The notes under the pieces were generated by a model, which made no database searches, had not been told where the DNA came from, and worked only from the letters and a program-made list of their open reading frames with translations. The translations under genes and the position numbers were made by a program. From an uncultured Actinomycetes bacterium (GTDB taxonomy: Bacteria; Actinomycetota; UBA4738; HRBIN12), in the NCBI GenBank assembly GCA_963794065.1, contig CAWCDA010000042.1, positions 143,861-207,860 of the forward strand: a stretch of DNA of 64,000 nt. Reading direction: 5' to 3'. Shown here one piece after another: positions 57,590 through 64,000 of the stretch (its first letter is position 1; each line of letters begins with the position of its first letter).

Positions 57590-58246
57590 ATGAGTATCGA
57601 CGTTCGCGTTCTCGTGCTGGAACAGGGCCTCGGCCTGACGCATGCCCTCACCGTGGCGTGTCGGCGCTCCGGCGTGTCCGTGGTCGGACCGGCTCGGGAT
57701 GTCGCCGAGGCCGCGGTTGCGGCCAACGAGCTGCCGGTCGACGTCCTCGTCGTCGAGCTGACGGGATCATCGGTGCAGCCGGTCCAGGAGGCGTCGGCCG
57801 TGCTCGGCGGCGTTCGGATCCTCGCGATCGCCCAGGACCCGGACCCCGAGACGGGAGCATCGGTCATCGCGGCCGGCGCCGCGGGCCTGATGGAACGCTC
57901 CCTCGCGGGACGCGCTGTGCCCGAGACGCTTCGTCGTGCCGCGGCCGGCGAGTTGATCTTGCCCGACTCACACCTTTCTGCCCTCGTCGAGCTTGTGCGC
58001 GCCGCGCATCTCGATCGGGTCGACGGGAATCGGATCGACACGCTGACGCGTCGCGAGCATGAGGTGCTCGCCTTGCTCGCGGACGGGCGGACGACGCTCG
58101 AGGTCTCCCAGGCCCTGTCGATCTCGGTGATGACGGTGCAGAGCCACGTCAAGAACGTCTTGTCGAAACTCGGTGTGCACTCGAAAGTCGAGGCCATCCG
58201 ATTCGCCTGGCGCTCCGGCGCGCTGTCGATGCCTGTGGGCGCGTGA
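57590..58246 (+). CDS. LuxR/NarL-family regulator with an atypical (probably non-phosphorylatable) receiver domain
   Basis: The C-terminal HTH is LTRREHEVLALLADGRTTLEVSQALSISVMTVQSHVKNVLSKLGV. The receiver has VLVLEQG instead of the acidic DD pair. It has VLVVELT where the phospho-Asp is expected. Confidence 0.75.
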   Translation: MSIDVRVLVLEQGLGLTHALTVACRRSGVSVVGPARDVAEAAVAANELPVDVLVVELTGSSVQPVQEASAVLGGVRILAIAQDPDPETGASVIAAGAAGLMERSLAGRAVPETLRRAAAGELILPDSHLSALVELVRAAHLDRVDGNRIDTLTRREHEVLALLADGRTTLEVSQALSISVMTVQSHVKNVLSKLGVHSKVEAIRFAWRSGALSMPVGA

Positions 58247-58949
58247 TGCTGGCGGCGCGCGAGGGTGCGGCGAGCCAAAGCGCCATCGTGTGGAATCAGC
58301 CGGTCAGGATCGTCGTGTGCGCGGCCCATCCCGTGATCGAGGGTGTGGTTCGACTCGCCGCCGGCGCGACGTTTGGTGAGTCCGACGTCGCTCCGTCGAT
58401 GTGTCTTCGCTGACTGGTCGTTGGATCGGTTCGAGCCGCGCTTGCCGTCGTCGACATCGACGAGCAACGGATGGATCGGTTCGAGACGGTTCGCTCGATC
58501 CGCACCACCGCGCCCGAGGTGCCCGTGATCGTCTTGGCTGAAGGTGACCGAGGTGCGGATATCCTCGAGGGGCTGCGTCTCGGCATCCGGGCATACCTCC
58601 GGAAGCCCGAGGGTCTGTCGAATGATCGGATCGGTGATGGCGCGCGTGCTCACCGGCGAAGGTTGTTATCGATCCCCACCTCGAGGACGTCGCCGTCCAG
58701 GAGCTCGGCAGGTTCGCGAGACAGACGCGGGAGGGTGCGATGGTCGGCGGCGCCCTCACCCCTCGGGAGCGCGAGATCTTGGATCTGCTGGCCGAGGGAT
58801 TCACCATGCGCCAGATCGGCCGGCGCCTCGGCATCTCGACACGTACGGTCGAGACGCATGTTGCCAAGATCTATCGCAAGCTGTCGGTACGTTCTCGCGT
58901 GCAAGCTGTCTCACGGGCCGCGGCGCTCGGTCTGATCGAGCTTCGGTGA
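58246..58949 (+). pseudogene. LuxR/NarL-family response regulator paralogue, with an in-frame TGA (58411-58413) plus two or more frameshifts
   Basis: PVRIVVCAAHPVIEGVVRL..., then TGA, then LAVVDIDEQRMDRFETVRSIRTTAPEVPVIVLAEGDRGADILEGLRLGIRAYLRKP. It shifts frame near 58620 and 58660. The HTH is LTPREREILDLLAEGFTMRQIGRRLGISTRTVETHVAKIYRKL (ORF 58740..58949). Confidence 0.6.
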
Positions 58950-59047
58950 GCCACCCTTACCCTCCCTGATCGCGATGCCGATAGACGAGGAGTCCTCGCG
59001 CCGGAGTCCCTGAACCGTCGCCCGGTCGTCTAGTGGGAGCGTCCCCG

Positions 59048-59758
59048 ATGAGTAGGCCGCAGGCCAACGAAGGATCCGCCGCAGGTCAACGGCCCGTGGG
59101 AGTCGCGGTCGTGGATCCGCTCCCCGTCGTTCGTGCGGGTCTGGCGCTGCTGATCGACGGACAGCCGGATATGGAGGTGGTGGCGCAAGCCCACGACTGC
59201 CGACGACGCGCTTCGCGCGATCGCCCGCGCTCGGCGGACGCGGATCGTTGTCCTCATCGGCCTCGGGTTGGAGGGGGAACACGATGGCCCGTGGTTGATC
59301 CGATCGCTCCGCGAGCGCTATCCGTTCGCTGGCAATCTTGGCCATGGGCGCGAATGCGGATCCCGACGACGATCAGCAGATCGCTGTTCGTCGGCGCCGA
59401 CGGATTCGTCGACAAGAATGTCGATCCCGCCGCGTTCATCGTCGCTCATTCGAGAAGGCCGGTGACGCGAGATGGTGCTGGTCGGCCCGACCCGAGTGAA
59501 CCGTCGGGACCGATCGCCGAGGGCATCGAGCGAGGGCGTCGACCTCGACGCCTAGCTCACGCGCGCGAGCGAGAGGTGCTCGCCGTCGCAGCCGAAGGGT
59601 TGACCGCGCGAGAGATCGCGGTCCGGTTGGGCGTCCGCGAGCGCACGATCACGACACACCTCGCCCGGATCTACGGCAAGCTCGGCGTCGGCAGCAGGCT
59701 GGCCGCGGTGCGTATCGCCGCCCGCTCCGGGCTCGTGAGCGTCGGCGCACCCGAGTGA
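59048..59758 (+). pseudogene. LuxR/NarL-family regulator paralogue with an atypical receiver and two or more frameshifts
   Basis: MSRPQANEG...VGVAVVDPLPVVRAGLALLIDGQPDMEVVAQA. The middle part lies in other frames (DDALRAIARARRTRIVVLIGLGLEGEHDGPWLIRSLRERYP...). The HTH is REREVLAVAAEGLTAREIAVRLGVRERTITTHLARIYGKLGV. Confidence 0.6.
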
Positions 59759-59762
59759 TCGC

Positions 59763-61234
59763 TCAGGTGCGCACGAACACCGCGCCATCGTCGTCCTCGT
59801 AGACCTCTTGCCACCCGGGATCCGCTGCGGAGGTAGGGCAGCAGGTCCCAGTCCGCCTTGACGCGACGATCGCCTGCACGTCCCACCGATCGAGGACCTC
59901 CTTCCATCCGGCTCCCGAGAAGCCGACCTGGCCGTAGTCGTGCCACACATGGGGCGGGCAAGATCTCGATCCGCGAGTCGACGAAGACGGGCTTGTCCGG
60001 CAGCCGCGAACTCGAACCAGCTGCCCCACGGTCTGCGCGGACGAGCGGCGGGTTCCCGGGGGCAGCGCCTGCGGCGGCCTCGTGATCCCGGGAGGGGCAT
60101 CGAACAGGAGTGAGTCGTCGTACGGCGACCGCGCCACCACGGGGAGCAGCCACGATCGCGGCCGACGAGAGCGTCCGCGATCAGTAGGCCGGACGCGGGC
60201 AGCGGCACTCCCTCGTGTCGCGCGATCCTTTCTGCGGAGGCCGCAACAAGCCCGCGACGACGACCGGGCGCCACCATCGCCCACCAGACGATCCCGCGTT
60301 GCGCCGACAGGGCGAGCAGGAAGAACAGGCCGAGGGCCACAGGAGGTCGATCCACGGGACCGCAGTCCGCCGGCGTGCCAGGTACGCGACGACCGCGAAC
60401 ATCGATGCGATCACGAGCCAGCCCGGAACGGCCGCGAGGGACAGGGGCGCCCACTCGGTGATGGGCGTCCGGATCACCGGGTTGGTCGACAGGTCGTACG
60501 CGTAGAGCCAGACGCCGAGCGCCGAACGGGTTCGGCGAGGGTCGCCGCGGCCGCGGCCACGAGCGCGATCAGCAGGGTGCGCTTCCCGAGCGCGTCTCTC
60601 TGTGTCGCGATCCTCGAGCCAGCGCCAGGCCGACGACGCCGGGAACAGCACGAAGCTGCCGTGGATGTTGGCGCACAGCGCGGCGAAGACGGGCAGCGAG
60701 CCAGAGCCGCCCGGGATGCTGCCTGCTCGGCATCACGGCCCAGAGACCCGCCGCGAAGAACGGCAGGGCGAGGAGTCTGCGGGCGCATCGCGAGCGCGCG
60801 GGCGAGGCGACGACGAAGCCGCGACGCGAGGAGCGGCCGGTCCGCGGCGCTGGCGCCCGTGCGCGGGCGGCCAGGTACGACGAGCGCAGAACGTGACTCC
60901 CACTGAGGACCGCCTGCACGGCAACGAGCGAGGGCCAGCCACCCAACCGATGGATGAACGCGCAGGAATGACCTGCGCGAGCCATTGCTGATCGAGCCAC
61001 GCGGTGCCCGGGACGGTGAACGTCTAGGTGTCCGACCCGTGGGATGTTGCCCGTGCAGCACATCCTCTCCGGCCCGGAGTGGTACGCCAGGTCGATCGCG
61101 CCCATCTTCGAGAAGCAGCGAGCACGATCGAGGGGATCGAGGAAGGCAGGCTCGCCCAGGCGATGTCGATGCGGGTCGCGTCGGGCGGCTCGAGTCCCAG
61201 CTGATTTCCACGGCGGCAGGCTAGCCGGTACCAT
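59763..61234 (-). pseudogene. polytopic membrane protein (GT-C / O-antigen-polymerase-like), many frameshifts; boundaries approximate
   Basis: TM-like fragments are scattered over all three minus frames. They include LLALPFFAAGLWAVMP, VFAALCANIHGSFVLFPASSAWRWL, LGVWLYAYDLSTNPVIRTPITEWAPLSLAAVPGWLVIASMFAVVAYLARR and LGLFFLLALSAQRGIVWWAMVAP. The C-terminal soluble part is PVFVDSRIEIL...HVWHDYGQVGFSGAGWKEVLDRWDVQAIVAS...DPGWQEVYEDDDGAVFVRT. Confidence 0.4.
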
Positions 61235-61415
61235 CGCTGCCGCTGGGAGGCGTAGCCGCGGGTACGTACGTAGCTTTACGTAGACACCATGCGTGAGTTT
61301 CGGGATTCCGTAGCCGTTCGGCTCCTTCTACTCTCTCTGCGGGCGAGCTACATTTCGCCCCCGGGTCCGTCGATAACGGACCTGGAGCAGTGGCTCGGAG
61401 GAAGGAGGTGACAGG

Positions 61416-61622
61416 ATGTTCCTTCGTCTCTACACGGGTGTCACCACCTGGTGGAACGACCTGAAGGGGCGTGCTGCCGAGGAAGGTGGTGCGACCGCAG
61501 TGGAGTACGCACTGATGGTTGCCTTGATCGCGGTCGTGATCATCGCCGCGGTGGCGTTCATCGGTCGGTCCGCATCTAGCCAGTTCAACTCGGTCGGCTC
61601 AGCCGTCAACAACCCGAGTTAA
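61416..61622 (+). CDS. flp: Flp-family type IVb pilin
   Basis: 68-aa ORF with GGAGGAAGGAGG upstream. The prepilin motif is EEGG/ATAVEYALMVALIAVVIIAAVAF (G/xxxxEY processing site). Confidence 0.85.
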   Translation: MFLRLYTGVTTWWNDLKGRAAEEGGATAVEYALMVALIAVVIIAAVAFIGRSASSQFNSVGSAVNNPS

Positions 61623-61637
61623 CGGGCAGCAGCAACA

Positions 61638-61661
61638 GAGCGACCGGCCCGCCGGTCGCTC
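61638..61661 (+). terminator. 10-bp perfect GC-rich hairpin directly after flp (terminator/attenuator), followed by a second hairpin to 61688
   Basis: GAGCGACCGG-CCCG-CCGGTCGCTC at 61638-61661, then CACTTCC...GGAAGTG at 61661-61688. No U-tract. Confidence 0.45.
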
Positions 61662-61708
61662 ACTTCCCCGGGGAGGGCCGAGGAAGTGAGGGACCGGCGG
61701 ACGAGAGG

Positions 61709-62207
61709 TTGATGGAGATGAACATCACAGCGCGGGCCCACGGCGAAGAGGGCGCCGCAGCGGTCGAGTTCGCCCTGATCGTGGGCGTGCTCGCGATGCT
61801 CATCTTCGGCATGCTCCAGTTCGGCCTGGCGTTCTTCCAGCTCCAGAACCTGCGGGCGGCGACCCGAGAGGGCGCTCGGGTCGGCGCCGTCGACGGACCG
61901 GTGACCGACATCCAGGCGCGGGTGCAGCAGCGCGTCCGGCATCAGCGCGCCGTCCTCGGGAGTTCACTGTACATCGAGTCGGTCAACCGGCGGCTCGGCG
62001 ACCACGGTCTCGAGTACGCCGACGACGACAGCCCTGCGCCACGGTGAACGGGACCGACGCCCGACTCGGTGATCGCCGGGGTCGATCTCGACGACCCGTC
62101 GCTGCCGCCGGCGCTGCAGAACATCTTCACCGTCGACATCCCGCTGCTGCCGACCGATCGCTCTCCGATCTGCGCAGGTCTAGGGGGAGTTCCGATGCGA
62201 AAGCTGA
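61709..62207 (+). pseudogene. TadE-like pseudopilin, with an in-frame TGA at 62045 and frameshift(s) near the 3' end
   Basis: The N-terminus EEGAAAVEFALIVGVLAMLIFGMLQFGLAFFQLQNLRAATREGAR is the TadE signature. After TGA 62045 the same frame continues sensibly (DSVIAGVDLDDPSLPPALQNIFTVDIPLLP). The end is approximate. Confidence 0.6.
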
Positions 62208-63210
62208 TCAGTACGCCGGCTGCACGGTGACGAGAGCGGCGTCACGATGGTCATCGTTGCGCTGTGCTCGATCGCGCTGATCGGGATGATCGTCTTGGTG
62301 GTCGACGTCGGCGGCCTGTTGCTGGAACCGCCGCGCGATGGTGAACGCTTCGGATGCGGCCGCCCTGTCTGCGGCCAAGTCGTGCATCTTGCCTCCATCG
62401 ATGGATCCCGCAGACGCCGGAACAGGCCGCCGACGCGTTGGCGGCTTCGACAACTCCGGCGCCGCGGACGTCTCGAACCCCGAGCAACATCATCGCAGAG
62501 CTCCGGGCTGCGACACCGCAGACACCGGGTACGTGACCGTCCAGTACGGCGCGAACCAACAGCTCTTCTTCGCCGGGATCTTCGGCGCAGGGACAAGGGC
62601 ACGTGACGACCACAGGCGACGGCGATCTGGGGCCCGGCGGGCGCGGTCGAACCCGATGCCGATCGTGATCTACCAGGATTCGTTCCAGAACTGCCAGTTC
62701 GACGCGATCGACCCGACCAAGACGTGTTACGTCTGGGAGGACAACAACAACGTCAACGGAGCCCAGAGCGCGTTCGGACTGCTCGACCTCCGCACCGACA
62801 ACCCGTCGGCCGTACGGGTGGAACTCGGACGCCGGCGCCGGCGTGCTCCGCCCCGGCGGTAACGATCGACAGTGGATCACAACTACCCCGATCCCTCGGT
62901 CGGCGACCTGACCGCTGAACTACCCGAACCCGACGTACGTGTGCAGGGTCAACGGGTCATCGAACCGCGGAGACGTGCTGGACCGACTATCGATGACAAC
63001 GACGTCGTCGACCAGAACGACGACAGACGCCTGTTCTTCCCGATCAACCGTTGTGACGAACGTCGTGCCGCGGCAACCTCGGTGGGCAATTGCTCACCGA
63101 ACAGTACGTCGCCGAGGCGGCCTGCTCGGCGACGCCGGGTCAATACGACATCATCGGGTACTTCGCGCGTGAAGCTCGAGGCCGTGTACGAGCCGAACGA
63201 TCCGGCGTGA
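62195..63210 (+). pseudogene. TadG-like (Flp pilus assembly, Tad N-terminal domain) protein, multiple frameshifts
   Basis: GDESGVTMVIVALCSIALIGMIVLVVDVGGLLL / RRAMVNASDAAALSAAKSC (TadG N-terminal motif). Later fragments are TGYVTVQYGANQQLFFAGIFG, PIVIYQDSFQNC...CYVWEDNNNVNGAQSAFGLLDLRTDNPSA and GQYDIIGYFA.KLEAVYEPNDPA. Confidence 0.5.
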
Positions 63211-63782
63211 AGCGGTGCATCGGGCCATGTGCTCGACCGTTCGACGCTCGGCCCGAACAGCCGGTAATCTCTGGCGAGGTCGGCCAGCTCGATGTGCAAC
63301 GCAGTCGGCCGTGCTGCCACCGCCAGCGCTCCGGACCAGATCACGAACGTGATCGGTCGGCGAAGGTGAAGAACAAGCGACCCGGGCCTGCACCCGTGCT
63401 AAGGCGGTCGACTACACCGTGCGACTACTCGAGACCCGTCCGATCCGCAGGTCACGTGGATCGACCCGCGGACCCGGAACAGCACGGACCAGACGTACAA
63501 GATCACGTTCGATTGGTCGACAACGCGGCAGTGTGCGGGATCCCGCCTCGGGCAACAACTCGGGCACACTGCCTCGATCTCTGCACCGGTCGACGTGAAG
63601 ATCGGCGGCAGCCACCCGGGCGGGGGTACTGGCGGACTCGAATGTCCGCGCGCTACAAGTTGTGCGAATCCGAGGTCCCGGGCTCATGCGACCCGGTGAA
63701 CGTGCCGAATCCCTCAGGACTTGCCGGCTCAGCGCCGGCGCGACAAGTGCATAGGCTACGCGAGAAGGAGAGAGGCGGATGA
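63207..63782 (+). pseudogene. hypothetical Tad-locus protein, frameshifted
   Basis: GTG 63207 overlaps the upstream TGA and TGA 63780-63782 overlaps the cpaB ATG, so gene boundaries are suggested. The protein-like text lies partly in another frame (DPQVTWIDPRTRNSTDQTYKITFDWSTTRQCAGSRLGQ...SISAPVDVKIGGSHPGGG). Confidence 0.3.
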
Positions 63783-64000
63783 GGTCGCGAGGTCTGGTGG
63801 TTGCTATCGCCGTGGTCTTGGCGGTGCTGGCAGCCGTAGGGGTCATCGTGTACACGAGCAGCGTTCGTGAGAAGGCGGTCGACGAGACACACGCAGCGGT
63901 CATCGCTCGACGCAGGACATCCCGGCGAACACGCCGCTGGATCCGCTGATCGCTCAGGGCGTGTTCAAGCCATCCGGTGCCGAACACGCGCGTCGTGCCG
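63779..64000 (+). CDS. cpaB: Flp pilus assembly protein CpaB/RcpC-like, 5' part only, with an apparent frameshift near 63895
   Basis: ATG 63779 (GAAGGAGAGAGG upstream) starts MRSRGLVVAIAVVLAVLAAVGVIVYTSSVREKAVDETH. It then continues in the next frame as VVIASQDIPANTPLDPLIAQGVFKPSG, typical of the CpaB N-terminus. It runs off the window. Confidence 0.6.

Noticed and set aside
58411-62047. Idea that TGA is generally reassigned or read through in this organism. In-frame TGAs occur at 6356, 58411 and 62045.
   Set aside because: Many well-defined genes in the window terminate at TGA, often in ATGA/GTGA overlaps. The 58411 and 62045 cases lie in the most lesion-ridden stretch. Only the 6356 case has motif-position and hairpin support, so it alone is reported as a finding.

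Overview
Visibly very GC-rich (roughly 70% by eye, not computed) chromosomal segment of actinobacterial type, densely packed with about 60 genes. Long spurious antisense ORFs are common, as expected at this GC content. I found no mobile elements, no CRISPR array and one tRNA, tRNA-Leu(UAA).

Content from left to right:
- Nucleotide-sugar dehydrogenase, adenosine deaminase, a methyltransferase and an aldehyde dehydrogenase.
- A seven-gene, translationally coupled extracytoplasmic redox operon at 4421-8262. It holds a MauE-like membrane protein, a 25-Cys MauA-like secreted protein, two MauD/TlpA-like thioredoxins, a polytopic membrane protein interrupted by an in-frame TGA (candidate selenocysteine), a hypothetical protein, and a 10-Cys Tat-signal mini-protein.
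- A BNR/sialidase-like protein, a TPR protein and a TgpA-type transglutaminase.
- An S8 protease with a (G-N/S-T-W-S)x16 tail, a membrane GAF-GGDEF-EAL protein, and a large DNRLRE/FN3/metallophosphoesterase exoprotein.
- A non-pyrrolysine MttB-family methyltransferase, corrinoid protein, LacI and PCuAC-like operon.
- A Mak-like kinase plus SIS protein, DinB, an L,D-transpeptidase, class I aldolase, and an RHH-DUF4097-MFS operon with a helically phased TGACGTCA operator array.
- An SDR, a Rieske oxygenase, a PQQ dehydrogenase, and a heavily disrupted potDBC-like ABC importer with no ATPase gene.
- typA, a PhyH oxygenase and a membrane-fused spermidine-synthase-like protein.
- A serine-cycle-like module: hydroxypyruvate reductase, serine-glyoxylate-type aminotransferase, malyl-CoA-lyase-like protein and SucCD/MtkAB-type CoA ligase.
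- GNAT, cyclophilin, and an envelope glycoconjugate cluster (2x GT87/DUF2029, prenyltransferase-repeat protein, Tat-DUF362, PIG-V-like GT, YyaL).
- Three tandem LuxR-type regulators with atypical receiver domains, a disrupted GT-C-like membrane protein, and the start of a Tad/Flp pilus locus.

About 35-40 apparent 1-nt frameshifts interrupt otherwise recognisable genes. They cluster at 35.4-38.0 kb and 58.2-64 kb. Where I could resolve the junction, they sit in short mononucleotide runs. All coordinates of disrupted genes are therefore spans, not clean ORFs.
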